Part shown: in pieces, positions 1 through 13,900 of the stretch
Layout: each line of letters begins with the position of its first letter
Position numbering within the stretch: position 1 is the stretch's first letter
NCBI GenBank assembly: GCA_977030845.1
Contig: OZ365109.1
Coordinates: forward strand, 53,134,001-53,198,000
Length of the DNA stretch: 64,000 nt
Direction: 5' to 3'
Origin: Fimbriosthenelais zetlandica
Taxonomy: Eukaryota
Program-made: the position numbers and the translations under genes
Notes under the pieces: model-generated
What the model saw: the letters and a program-made list of their open reading frames with translations, nothing else
What the model was told of the DNA's origin: nothing
The model's database searches: none

Positions 1-3000
1 TCCTGACATTTGACATGTACCCTTACCCGGAGTGCTCTTACTACAAGGAGGTACACATGCATTTTTCAGAACAACACGAAGAGGAAAGCCAAACAACGCA
101 GCACTTCTAGATGGCCTCACCCAGACCCACTCAATTTCTCGTATCTAAATTGGATTCTGAGGTTCACTGCTCCAACAGGTTCAACTTGATGTCCCTCCCA
201 AAGAGTACAGCTCAAATACTTAATATCCTTAACCCTTTTACTGTCACTATTGACAGCTACATCTGCTTTAGATACAGTCATATGCGGGTCCCTCCCTTTG
301 GTCACAGGGCAAACTATTGGAATATGATGCTTATACGTACAAGTAGATGTGATGTCCTAAACCAACAACTTGTAAACTGTAATATGCATATATGAATAAT
401 ATGAATATAAGTCAGGGAACATGTTTCTTTAAGTGGCAGTTATTCTGTATGCACTTGTAAATTGAAGAGTTTGCATGGGTTCTTTTTAAATTACAGTATA
501 AATCAATAAAACAATAAAAGTCCGGCCTTACGTGGGAGTAAATTGTTTAACAAAGCACCATACATTCTCTCAGGCTATCTTCGTCATACAATCCATGTAA
601 ATTATAAAAAAGAGTCGTTCAACAACTTTTGCCAGTTGGACTCCCTGCGACCAACGTGTAAATCGTTTTTGGTAAACGATATTTATTTGAACGAGCAAAT
701 CCAATACTGTTGATAGGGAAAAAGTACTGAAATTATGATGGGTGAAGAGATTTAAATCTCAATTAAATGTTGTCAAGGACTTAACAATAATGGTGGTATA
801 TTGGTCAGCAATCCAACAAATCAAGATTATGCCAGGAATTTGCCTCAGGCCCTCTTTTTGAAAAAACTTTCTCTAGAGAAAAAGCCCCCATCGATTAATT
901 AAAGGAAATCACCTGAACGTTGCCAAGTGCCATTCACTGAGCCCATTCCATAGTTAAAATGGGGGCAATGAAAACGCTAGATCATTGCATAAATCACTTT
1001 TGGTCTTTTAATTTATGTTTAATGCACAGCAGCATTTCTTTCTATATGTTGTATGTTAGCTCGAAGGGTAATTACATTAAAAGCCTAAGTCTATCATCCA
1101 TTGTCGGTGTTCTCGTGCGAGGAGGGGTAGTGTAGTTATACATATAAGTTTCTAAAATATCCCTGCTTCCAGATCAATAAAAGTTTGCCTCAATGCATTA
1201 CATACCTACATACATCAACCCAGATTTATATAAAACGGTAAAACCCTGAGGATGCATATACCACTCTTTGAAGCCTTGATGGAATGGGTATTTAAAATGG
1301 AACCATACCTTCTGTAAATCATATATACAACTGATATCAGCCTTGAAAAATTGAACCATACTGAGAACAATTTACATGTATTAATGGATGTATTATGGTT
1401 TGCACTGGCAAGGTAGCAGTTGCTCTAAGTTCACAAACCATTAAATGTCCCATCGATCTGGTTGGTCTTTCCGCTGAAAGAAGCATCTGGTTTAAATGGC
1501 ATATAGTTATGTTGCTAATGCATGCCCTGCATTTTTATTCTTTCAAAATATATTAAAATCCATTGGTGTGATTGTGAAATCAAATATTGCAATATACACT
1601 CCCATATTATTCTTGTCCGTTTTCATCTTTGATCTAAGCCATAACTTAAGCCATAAACAGCAATTACAGTGGTCTAACTTAGAAATTACGCAAGCATCTA
1701 ACGCAGCGAAACATATTTATTTGGCACATCCACTTGCTGTTATTCGTTCCTCTACTGTTTACTACAGATTAGTAAACCCCCAGAATATACCCTCTACATA
1801 CATAAATAACCCAAACTGGGAAGCTAGCCATATCTAAGAGGGGAAGAAGTGACCGGAGGGCAAATCACTATTAAATATGAACAGATCTTCCAAGCAATCT
1901 TCTCTGGGTGTTCCTTTACCTGGGGCAGGCAGGGAGTGGCTGCCTGACCAGAGGTGACAAGCTTAATGCTGGATCATTTACCTCTAGTGCCACTCGCCTG
2001 CAATCTTATTTAGCTGCCTGATGTTTCCTGCCTCGGGCTGGTCTCAGGCTGAAGACGGGTGTTGTACACGCCCTTGGCAGGCCCAGTGGGAGGTGGGAAT
2101 GTTTTTCCTTTGCTATATCTCTATCTGCATCTCATCTGCGAGTTTTCACATACAGATGATTAATAAATGCAGATGAGACTATCTTGAGGGTAATAAGATA
2201 TTTTTGTATATTTAAGTAATCAATCGAAAGGTCGAGTACTTCTATTATATACTGAGTAAGGTCCATGCATGATGGTGCATGCATGGCCAAATAATTAGGT
2301 TATTCAACCACATTTTGTCTCAGTGATGTGCAAGTCCAACGGAATCGAATACAGTAGCACTTAGTTTTCTCGAGTACTAGGTACTAACTACCCTATCCCA
2401 TTGCATTAGCATCCAATTAATGCTTCCACAGAAGCATTAGCTGAATCTAATGAGTACAAGTTCCCCTGTAGGGGTGTGTTCATTCTCGTTACTCATTTTA
2501 AAGAGAAACCTCTGATACACGAGAAGTTAGGATTCAATCTTTAATTCCTTGAGTAAGTTAACTGGGTGAATATGGAGACCACAAGCCCCAGGAAGTCTCA
2601 TGCCAGAAGGAAGACCGCAGAAGTCACAAAGAAGTTTCCTGTCAGCTGCCTTTTAAAAGACTCTTACCCTTTTCAGGCTGGTTCCTCACTAGAAATAGTT
2701 TTTCTGGATAATGATACGGTACCGACAGTACAGTCTTGAAATAGGGACCTTTTTACTTCCTTTTCTAATTTTCATTGGCTTCCGCACTTAGCAGTGATTA
2801 GTGGCAGTTCCAGTATTGTACATGTATAGGCCTATATAGATACTTATATGTACCACATAATATATTTATAAGCGTAATAATGGGATCTTTCCTTTTTGAC
2901 TTAAGAGAGAGGAGATAACTCAACTTAGACTCTTCAGACGCTAATCCAATCTGAGCAAAATCCATTCAAATTTGACATGACATAGACCTGCTTGAATGAG

Positions 3001-5879
3001 AAGTCTAGGAAAAGTAATAGAGGCTTCAAGAGGTTAATTGGATGTGAAGTGAGAGAGGAAGTTGAAAGTTGTTTTACTGCCCAACTTTTAGGAAGGGGCT
3101 ATATGGCAGAAGTACGTCATCTTCAATCATACCTTATACCCTGATGCATAGAGTTTGGCATTCCTATTTCTTTTAGGGACAGGAAACCTCAATTTAAAGA
3201 TAAAAAGATGCATTTTGCCATGACGGTAATAGTCTTGAAGAATCTCACTTGGAACCTTCCTCTTGAGAGTAGTGAATCCTTTTAACTTCTATGTCCTTTC
3301 AAGTCTTCCCTGACATTTTCCCAATGAAGTACCAGCCATATGGTGCGATCAATTTTCACCAGGGAGAATATTGCTTTGAGGCTATATTGTTGCTGTAAAA
3401 TCTAGCCTGTCAATCGTGACCGCCATTGGCTGGCCATGTGAAACCAACAGGCGCTTCATTCTCGCCTTGGTCTCGTCTGGGAGCGAGATAGAACGAGAGT
3501 TCATTGGCCTTGACCTCCACTTGCCGGTCCTTGTATCGAGTACAACGACCAGACTGTCTCTCCTGTCATGTCTTCGATCTGGCTAGGGTGAGTGTCGGCC
3601 CCTAGCGACGTCGACCCCGCGCCTGGGTATGATAGATAGCCGAAGGACATGGCCCTGGTGGCACCCTACAAAAGCAGCCATGGAAGGGGCCAAAAATGGG
3701 TCATCGACACCATTATAACACTCTCAAAAAAGTTCATATTAGTTTGGAGATATCCTATGTGAAAGACTCTGAAGGAAGGATGGTTACAAGTGAATAACTT
3801 CGGAATGAAAAACAGATGTGTTTTTCCATCCATTTCCCTGCTTAAATACCCAGGAGAGGTGACTCAAGCCATCAAGCCTCCGCTATCTACCCAGCAAGAT
3901 GGGCTCGCGTCTATGTTCTCCTAGGTTCATTATGCCAAACATCAATGCTTTTCAGCCCCTTCTAAGGCCCGTGGCAGTGTAATCAGGATTTATACACGGT
4001 CAGTAGTGACTGCACATAAGAGCAGGGACAAAACCCTGCCCTGCTCTAGCCCATAAAACCACTCATCAATACCCGCAGAACAAGGTGACCAATGCTTGAA
4101 ACAGTCCAGGAAGCCATTAATGGCAAACTGCCTTCTTGGGAAGCCGGATAACATATTTCGCTTGCCAAATATCCGCTTAGAAGTGGATCACTAAGGGCCT
4201 TGTGCTTATCCTCACAGAGGGCACTACACGTGAGGCCAATAGTAAGAATGAGCTTACAGGCCAGGAAATTGGTGTATAATCCAATTCCATCTTGTATCTT
4301 TTTCTCTGGATTGCTACAGAGCTCTTAATTCAATCGATGTATATTTGTTCTGGAGTCCTTTGTTGTAGGGGTTGAATACCTGAACTGAAGGGGTAATGGA
4401 TAGACCTGAATATTAGATTTTTCTTAAGCTTAATTCTCCAAGAAGTCAATTGAGAGAAAATTGCCTAATAGATCAAATGGATAATGTTTACGATAAATCC
4501 AATAATGTTAGTTTTAAATATCAAGCGATATTATGAATATAACTAAAACTGATTAGACTGGCATGCTGTGGATTACTTTATTAGAATTAAAGGACAGATT
4601 TATTTCTGATAGAATTTAATTGGGCCTCGCATAATCGACTGCCCGTTTATGATACTGATAAAGAAAATCCGCCGTGAAAAGCTCATTTCCTCACCAGCAA
4701 TGTGTTTTAATGAGTATTAAGATCCCAAAGGTTTACAACTTTGTAGATTTAATCCCACAATTAATTGTCATCTAGTGACGCTTCACAATTGAGACTTTGC
4801 TAATTGCTTCGAGTGCCTTGTGCCATAAAAGCCGATTCTCAAATAACACACTGAATACATTACTTCTCAACTAGGGCATTGTTTCTACATGAATAGATCG
4901 ACAGATGTAGAAAATGCTCTTGATGGGTGATTTCTTAATGCTTTGAATTGAACATCGCCTTTTCTGATTCAACGATTACAAAATTGAGCAATTGGATCGC
5001 TTTGAAAGTTATATCTTTTACTATTATGTGGTCATCATTGTATAATACATCATAATAATATTTTGTCATTGTGATCAAATGATTCACACTGTGATTAAGC
5101 ATCATTATTTTATCTGGCCACAGGCACCTCTATGATAAAAACCATCTTCAGTCCCAGTCCCTCAAGGAAATATATGTCTTATTATAGGTACTAATCGATC
5201 AAAGGAAAAGAAAAGATGCATTCAACACCAAACAAGGCACTATCAACATTGGCCAATGATGTACGTGCCACACACATAGCAGCAGGAAAATTGCCAACTA
5301 AGCCTTCTTTCCTCTTGCCAAATATTTACATGGCATCTTCCCCTAGCTCTTCTAACTATCAACATCATGTTGTGTTTTACTTTGATTCAAGTAACATTAT
5401 AGGGATCCACGATTTATGGTTTTAGATAATATTAATCCGTAGATGAAACAATATTTTATATTACAGCTTAGATATTAATTCTTTTTTATCTGCAGTAGAC
5501 CTATTATACAATGAAAGTTTCGATCATTGAAAACTGCAGCAGAAATTATGAATTAATCTAATGCATAGTTATGTAATAAATATTTACTGTTATTATTTTA
5601 AATATATTCAATATATTTGCTACAAAGAATAAGTTTACATCATAGAACCGAGTTATCAATTTTTTTTAAATTATCAAAACATGATTATGCCTTCTATTAT
5701 CAATAATATTAAAAAAAAAAGAAGAAGAAGAAGAGCAGGGACTTTGCTTGTAATTCAAATATTTGGCCATCGATTGTTTCGTGAATTGAATTGTCCTTGG
5801 ACACTGTGAAAAGAAGCCACCTCTCCATTGAATTCTCTTCAAGAAGCCAAGAAGCATTATCACAAAAATTTATGAACCT

Positions 5880-6150
5880 GCGCGCCTGAAGAGGCAGTTC
5901 CAAATGAAAAGATCTGACCCAGCGTGGGAAATTCAATTAAGGCCGTCTTGGATGTTTACTTTCTTCGCAACTGGATATTCAGCGGTGGTTTTTAAGATTT
6001 ATAACCATGTCAGATGCAGTCATTGGGCGTCGCTTATCACATCCCTGGCTGACAGAGCCGCCAGATAAAAACAATTTGAAAAGAATCCTCCCTCGCGCTC
6101 CTTGGCCGTGACAAAGGGGTGTTTCAACCAGGCGTTCCATTATAACCCGT
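5880..6150. promoter_or_regulatory. Candidate enhancer (CSL, GATA, TALE, homeodomain sites)
   Basis: CGTGGGAA 5923-5930, CAATTA immediately after, TTATCA 6034-6039, TGACAG 6050-6055 and AGATAA 6063-6068, in a moderately GC-richer block beside an AT-rich stretch. Motif content only. Confidence 0.3.
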
Positions 6151-7339
6151 TATCTTTTTTTTTTACTATTTTCTTTTTTCCCAATCAGAAGCGTTTGCAT
6201 CTGGGAGGATGGAAGGAGAATGAAACTATCGATTTCTCTCGCTCTCACTCACTCTCACACAGGATGCGGTCATCACTCAATGCTCTCAATTGTGACAGTG
6301 TCTAGTCTGTGAGGAGAGAGTGAGAAATACAGAGTAAAAGATCGACAGAGAAAGACGGAGCTGGAAAGGACATTTTGTCTGCAAATACAGAAAGGGGAAG
6401 TGGTAAGAAATATTGTGAGCGAGTGAGAAGGATTGTTTGAATTGGGGGCACAAATGGAGTTCGGGGCATCTGAAGTGGCACTTGAAAAGGAAGAGGGATT
6501 AATTTGGAGCAAAATGCTGAACAAAGGCGAAAAGTTCACCCGAGCAAACTTGTAGATGTAGGGGTAAAAACACAGTGAGTGGGAGATGATAACGCATGAT
6601 GATGTGCAAGTATGTGGAAGGTCACAGTGCAAAGCAAATTCAGATTCTGACAAATTAAGAAGACAAAATCCTGAATACATGGAAGATGAACTGTTTGTGC
6701 GAAGACATTGTTATGAATCGAGCATCATACAAAGACAGGATGGGAAATAGTGCATATCTATCGTCGGATCCTTTCCACATTGCTTTAGCTTGCCGTCAGC
6801 AACTAGCATCAAAACATCAACAGTATGAAGATCAAGCACGTGGCTTGGCAATTCATTACATCTTATCTTACTCCATACAAAGGCATTCTTGGACTGCTCT
6901 GCTTCCAAAGCTGTAATAATTAGAGTTTCATGTGTGCTTTTAGGTGAATAGTAAGAGAGGGAAGATGTACTTACTGGTTAGGGAGAGGAGTGAGCCTGCA
7001 CCCAGCCATAGTAGGTAGTGGTAGAGCTCTTGGGGAGCCATGTCTATGGGGCGGTTACTGGGCTGATTCTACCGCCCTGGAGTCCATAAAGCCCGGTGCA
7101 GTCTGTTGGCACCACTACCGACTCCTACAAGCAACTATTGGAGTCTACCTCGAGCGTAAATATATCCTAAAGTTGCCTCCTGTACATTTCTGAAGTCATA
7201 CTTGTATAGTGGAATGCGTGTGAATGGTGAGGAAGCACCGTAGACTGAATGCGGCCATACATGGTGATTCTGAAGAGGAAAAGTACAGCATGCTGGATTC
7301 TCTCCCGCTGTGGTTGTAACATTCAAGTGTCGCCATGTT

Positions 7340-7570
7340 CAAGGCGGGTGGGGGAGGAGGGAGCTGGAAGAGGAGGAGGTGGTGGAGAAGGAGGAGGAGG
7401 GGGGAGAAGGGGGAGGAGGGAGAGGCGCCAGATGAGGCGTCAGAGGAACAGAAGGCGCTACAAGAGGTGGAGGCACGAGGAGAGGAGGAGAAGGAGGGAG
7501 AGGAGGCGACCGAAGAGAGAAGAAGGAGAGACCAAAATGGTGACAGGAGGAGGTACAGGGAGAGGACCTG
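7340..7570. repeat. Purine-rich (GGA/GAG) low-complexity tract
   Basis: Runs of gaggaggag/ggagaagg; they explain the biased E/R/G-rich ORFs 7249..7596 and 7335..7769. Confidence 0.8.
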
Positions 7571-9149
7571 GAGCTACTCAGTGGGTGACCATCTAGCTCA
7601 GAACTACTCTAGCGACCCCGTCCCTCCCTCCACCCTCCCCTCGCTACTCCTCAACCACGGCGGACTGCACATACTGAAAGTAGAATTGATCGCCAAGCTT
7701 GGAGGAACCACCAACAAATTTGATATTGTTCGATTGCTACTACTTTCCAGCATATCTAGGTTTGAATGATGCCTGATGTTGGGTGGCGACTTAAGTTGGT
7801 TAGAAACCAATAGAGGAGGTTTAGTCGGGACATTATTGGGAGTCTTGTCAGATTGGATAGAGTTAAGAGTGCATCACATACCCTGCCACAAACCCCTCTC
7901 TCTTCTCTCCACCACCACTGTCCCTCCAACAACACACACCCATTGCGCAGCTTGCCTGCGCAGCTCACATGCTCATTTCCGGTCTCGTCTTCATTCTCCT
8001 AACTACTTCGTGCATCCATTGCATGCTAGTTGAGGCGCGTTTGTTAAAGTGACACTGGCGTGTCTATATACGATGGTAAGGAGTAGGGACTTGAATAAAA
8101 ATTTGTCAGCTTTGCAGGCCGAGCATGTGCCGGGTATCTATGGCCGGCCAAAGCATCCGTGCCATCTTAAAATACGAATGTCTGCAAAGAGATAAAGTGA
8201 GTGGGAAGGTATGGGAAAGCTGAGGAGGCTGTCTACAATGGACACCCAATAGAGCAGGCGGTGAAATGGGGTACTGGGGGTTGGTTATTGAGGGAGGGGG
8301 TATTTCTAACGGAGGGGCTTCCATAACCTCCTCTTGCATGTGATGGTTCAGAGTCAGTCCATATTTCTTCACGCAACTATACCATATGCACTTCCGAATC
8401 CAACCTCTACGAGAATTTGACTAAATAAGACCTTTTCTTTTGACCTGTATGTGACCTCAGTGAAATCATCTTATTATAAGTAGAATTTGTTCTGTATAAG
8501 AGTCCATTCCGTTATACTGCAATATACATTCAGACAATTAAAAGACTTAGTAGGTCAATGTACAGGGCCACTGGAATTTTCCAGTGTCTATCTGTATCCT
8601 TTCTATGTAAGGAAGTGTCCCTTCAGTGGAGGAAGTGTTACTCTAGCTGTGAAAGATCCCTAAGAAGATTCCATGATCCTAAGACAGATCATGGAATATT
8701 AATCTGTGGCAGAATACCTAATAGTGGAAGATAAGTTTACGTAAAAGCAGAGCCATATACCAACAGCAATTAATTAGTATTAGGAAGAGCAATTAGCCTC
8801 ATATATTACATGCCGGGAATCCGAACCCTCTGCTGCAATGTGCTTTCTATAGAATTTTAAATCATAAGCAAGGAAGCTTCATTTAACTGACTACATTCCC
8901 AGCATCTGTTCATGTATAGGCTTATACATATGATTCATCAGGCACATGACTAGAATATTGAAGGGTCATTAACTTCATGTCATTTCTTTTTGGTAGAGGC
9001 AACCCAAGATAGCAGATATCTATAATATAGCGACTGAGGAATAAAAGAAGTGGGTTGATTCATATCATTATGTTAATGCATGTGTAATGTTGAAAGCTAT
9101 AGCACGAGTACGAGAACTGACCATGCACCATATTCCTAGTGGCCATTGA

Positions 9150-9530
9150 GGCTTTTGTGCCAAGACCTAATTATTGAGCTCAAGCCTTGTAATTCCCCCC
9201 GGTTATTGTCCTTTTGTTCTCGCCATATTAAACATTTCCTCCTAATAGAGCAGCTTATGATCGACGTTACTGGAGGGTTCTTTTGTTCCATGCCGAAGCA
9301 TGATCTGTATAGAAATACATTATCGGGTTTATTAAGGCCGGTCATGGAGCAAACAGAATGTCCTGCACCTGACCATAGTCCAATGGGTCATTGTGTCTGT
9401 ATACACCACCCTGAGGTGATATATCAATATTATTTGCTTACTGTGGTCTCACTGTTTTGTCCCACTGAAGCTGGATCCCATCTCACATCACTCAGCCAAA
9501 ACTATTGACAATGCCTGCCGGCACGTATAA
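9150..9530 (-). mobile_element. Possible Ty3/Gypsy RNase H relic
   Basis: The minus frame has MYFYTDHAS at ~9294-9320 (~FxxYTDHxxL) in a loosely similar context; other motifs are poorly retained. Confidence 0.25.
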
Positions 9531-10489
9531 GCTATACCACAGGCCCAGGCTGCCAAACTCTGACTTAATTATTCAACAGTGAAGGACACAAGACAATTGA
9601 CCATTCTTACCACCTAAACCTGGCAGGTGTGTCCATCTGAAGCAGGTGAAAAATTGATGGAGTTGGTATAACATATGACATTCAAAGACAGGTGTTGGCC
9701 TTTCCATTTCCTTGTTATTAAGGATCTATATGTATACACATGGTTTATCATTAATACTGCAATTAATTCTGCCAACCATGTATTCCTGGATTTTTCCATA
9801 ACATAATCTATACTACCTACACATATTGCTTCTAATTCTACCTTACATGGCTTTCGCACGCACCTGGACTCACACCTGGGGTGAGAAGGGATTGAGGTAA
9901 TTTGCTAAGATCCGGGCACAATAATGAGTGTTGAAAGGGGTTTAAGTTTGGTAATAAATTCTGAGAACACCGACTGGCATGGCTGCGAGCGTGTACTTGA
10001 TTGTGAGAACGTGCAAGCTATAAAAGCACTAGGCAAAGCAATTAGGCTCATGGAACAAGTCCCTCTCAACTGAAGGTGTAGCTTTTAAAACAACAATTAT
10101 CCACGGAGAAAAATAGACAGCATGTACTTTCCCCCATTTTGCCGTGTTATTCCATTGAATTTTAGCATCTCCGACCCCGTTTTCCTACTTTTCATGCTAC
10201 TCACACTTTCCGCACCCCTTTGTCCCCCTTTCCACTTTCCCCTCTTTTCCCCAGACTCTCACATCATTACCCACCGCCTACATGGAAGAGCTATAATGTA
10301 CTTTGCGGTAGACTAGCAGTTGTTGAGCGTCCACCAGAAACAAGGCATGCATGCATCCCCACACCATGGGGACAGCACAACACTTCTTATAGCAATCGTT
10401 GCCATAGCAACTGGATCAAATTCTCCGATTGAGCCCCATCACCACCAGTGCCCTCATCCTAGGGACGCATGAGCAGAGAAAGGGAATAG

Positions 10490-10960
10490 AACCAAAATTG
10501 GAACTAGCACTGGAGGAGGGAAAGACATAGTGCAGAGAACAGAAGAAATGGAGGAGAGATGTATTTAGACGATCAACATGTAGAACGGGAAAGAAAATGG
10601 CATGAACAGGGTCGATCAGGAGAACAAGTTCGTAGACAACCGGAAAGGGGAGATGAGGAAAGGAAAGAGCAGGGGCGGGGAAGAAAGAATAGTAGTATGG
10701 TTGCTTAAGATGGACCGGGAGAGGAACAGCCATAAAATGATGACATGTAAGAGAAGGGGAAGCCAAGGCAGACTATTTGGAACTGAGGACAGTGGGGCTG
10801 CAGGAAAAGGACGGTCGTGGGAGGGTAATGGATAAGCCGAAACAGAAAAGGAGAGCGATCAATGGTCTGAACAGCGATAGGAAAAGGAAAGGGAAAAGGC
10901 GGGATTAGCAGCGAATGAAAGAAGTGTAACTGGAAAAGAGGGAGAGCTGCACCAGAAGTC
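10490..10960. repeat. Purine-rich low-complexity tract
   Basis: Strong G/A strand bias (gaggagggaaag..., gaaaaggaaagggaaaagg). Confidence 0.65.
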
Positions 10961-13900
10961 AAGCCCACTATTGGCAGTCCCTAACTCCACCATTTCTCCC
11001 CTCCCACACTGCGCTGCTGACCGGAAAACCGGCCACATTCCGTTGTAACGGGCTATGAAGCCCCTGATCGATCGAACCCTCCTCCACTGCGGCACACATA
11101 GAGGGCGTTTCGAGAGGCCGTATTCAGGGGGCAGGACGCTGAATTAAACACAAGTGGAGGCTTGCCTGCCCAGCGCCGCCCAGTCTCGCCCAGAACTGGG
11201 TGGCTTCAAGGTTCCACCGTCCAGCCTCCCCATCCTATAACATATCTACACGGCCCTCTCTAATACTCGCACCATTGGCTTTGGAAAGCTATCATCTATT
11301 GGTAAGAAAGGGGACAGTTTCCTCTATAGTTTAGATATTTTCTTTTCCATTTTTTCCCCGAGATTATTGGGGCTTGAAGCCTTGCTTCTTGCGGTGCACC
11401 CCGACACTCTAGACTGGGTGCGCAGTATTGGAATTTCACAACATAGAACATCCATTACATTCATCTATGTATATTGCTTATATTGATATACAGCTATTAA
11501 TATGATAGCAGATAGTAAGCAGATAATTAATAGATTGCTTCAGTAATTGGTGGATCATCAATAAAACAATCAGCGCGCACTTTATTTGAATCACCAGATG
11601 CATGTACTGCAAAGATGTTATCATTAAAATGTCCTTTGTTATTTTGCCCGCCTGAATCCAGCAGCAAGTTTTAAAGGATGTCATTTTCGTGATGAATCTC
11701 ATTGAGAATCCATCGATCTGATGACTGATGTAATAAAGAGAACAATGCAGGAAACATGGTGTACATTACAGCTCTGCAGTTCTCGGGGCATACCGCCACG
11801 CCACCTCGTGTGCCTTATTGGTATATGCCTGTGAATTAACTTTTATCACTGGAAAGATGATGACATTTGTGGAGTACACCGAATAAAATATCCCAGAAAC
11901 CAAAAACCAAAATAAAACCAATTAACAATCGCTTTAATAATTGCTTTCCTGAAAAATGAAAGAACAGGATCGCCTCCGAGCAAAAAACAAATGCTTCTTC
12001 AACGATACATCTCCAACTAGTTTTGATCTGAAATATCTTTTCCCATGTCAAGGAGAAAGATGTATGAATCACACATGATTATGTTATTCGCGATAAAAAT
12101 ACATACATGTATTCAGATGCAAATTTTGTCCATTTTTGTCAAGGATGACTGAATTGGATGGGAAGCTTTTCCTCAACATGTTTATCCACATTCATATGAA
12201 TCTGATGGTTTAATCTTTAAAATATTAAGAAATTCATATTTTTTTCAAATGCAATGATTGAGAGGCCACGTTCAGTAAAATATGAATGAGAGGATCGGAT
12301 TTGAACTTCCACAGCAAGGAAAATGTGCATACAACGTTCCACGTGTTCACATTCCTTTAAGTAACTTCATGTGTTATAATATTATTTGCCGGAATATAGT
12401 CTACAGAGTAGGACCGCCTTTTCCAACAATTTCTATGCTAGTATATATATACCTTTCAAATCAAATCTCCCAATGGAAACGGCTTTTCAACCTCTCCTCA
12501 CATTGGAAAAACTAAAGTAAACAAGACTAATATTCAAGTTTCAATCAAAGCTTTTCATCCTGTTTGATATTGAAAGGCGAGATTATAAAAATCCTAAGTA
12601 CTTTACAATGTAAGGAATAAATTCTCAGGGACTGCAAACATCACTGTTGGTCTAGAGGTAGCGTTAAAGGGGCCAGGGGCGATTAGATACAATCAATGCT
12701 TGAGGCATTATTGGTTTTAGGGATTGGCGTTGAACTGTGAAACGCTGAAGAGTTTGGATGTAGCTTTCAGCATTAAGTTTGTGAGGATTACCTGTGGTGT
12801 AGGTGGGAAGTAGTCTGGCAAATGGAGGTGGTGCATGCCTTTGGAGGCAGGAACAATAGGAGGATAGGATTGGGCAACTTTTCACAGTAAAATAAATTAT
12901 ACAGCTCTGCCTTCCAGCCTGTTCAACATAATTCCGGAGTTAATGTTGGATTAATGACTGCACCATTAACATCCACTTTCCCAGTTCCTTAACCTTTTGT
13001 TTCCCGTTTGAAATGCCCTTCCCTCCCCTGTAATAATTACCTTTCCTTTCCCTATTTGCGCTCCCAAATATCCCTTTCCTTCCCCTTACCTATTATGTCT
13101 TCCCTCATAATTTTCCCCTTTTCTCTCCTACCACTCTACATGCATGGTCTCCACCCCCTTTCATTAACTCCTCATTCTGCCACGTGAGGCCGCCAGTGTC
13201 TAAAGCTCCTCTCCTATCACTTTGCCTAACCAGACATCAAGGCATGCCAGACCTCAGAATAAAAACACATAAAAGACATACGCTCCCTTATGTGTTTTAT
13301 TGAGAATCTTAAAGAAATTAATCGAGAGAAGTAATTAAATTGATTGAAATATACGTCAGGTACCCAGATCTCTGATAAAAGCAAAGAACCTTGAATCCCC
13401 TTTCCACCCAATTTCTCTCTTTTAAGGGCTGTCGACTGTAACTTAGTTCATCTAGTAAATTGCATTCGTAAAAACAAGCCACGGTAATGATATTCCGCTT
13501 CCAATCAAACACTTGGAATCCTTACTGAATGTGTCTTTGGGATAGAAAACACTATAGGACTGAGAAATTTGTGCTAAGCAGGCCTTTTTAAACTCTCTCA
13601 TTGATTAGATAGGAATCCCCTCAAAGACCACACGTCCCTACCCACATGGACATTCTTCTTGGCTGAGCACAAGGCGATTACAGACCGCAAATATTGCTTC
13701 CCCTCTTGCTTGGTGCGTTCAAAACACGTTCAGAATTAATAAAAGCGAGCTAGTGCAGTTTTAGCCTTAGGCTGCTACTGCTTTACCAGTCTCCAGCCAT
13801 CCCTCAAGTAACCCACAGAAACACTGGGAGTTGCTCATTCGATGAGTTCGCGAGGCGGCCCGCGGGCCCGTTTGGCGGTCTCCTCACTCCAACAACACTG

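Noticed and set aside
225-240. TTAACCCTTT (piggyBac-like end); also TTAAAGG/CCTTTAA Kolobok-like words elsewhere
   Set aside because: Could not pair any of them into TIR plus TSD sets.
117-305. Minus ORF vaguely like a Gypsy protease region (HQVEPVGAVNLRIQF)
   Set aside because: No D(S/T)G catalytic motif, and similarity does not continue in any frame toward position 1.
4400-4660. Possible LINE RT relic (IINGQS..ICPL..LYS*Y..WRIKL)
   Set aside because: Too few conserved residues and many stops; not supportable as a feature on its own.
7249-7769. Long Arg/Gly/Glu-rich ORFs (115 and 144 aa)
   Set aside because: Explained by purine-rich low-complexity DNA lacking stop codons; no domain or splice support.
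8812-8830. tRNA T-arm/B-box-like GGGTTCGGATTCCCGGC on the minus strand
   Set aside because: Has an extra base, no A box and no cloverleaf; no tRNA or SINE can be supported.
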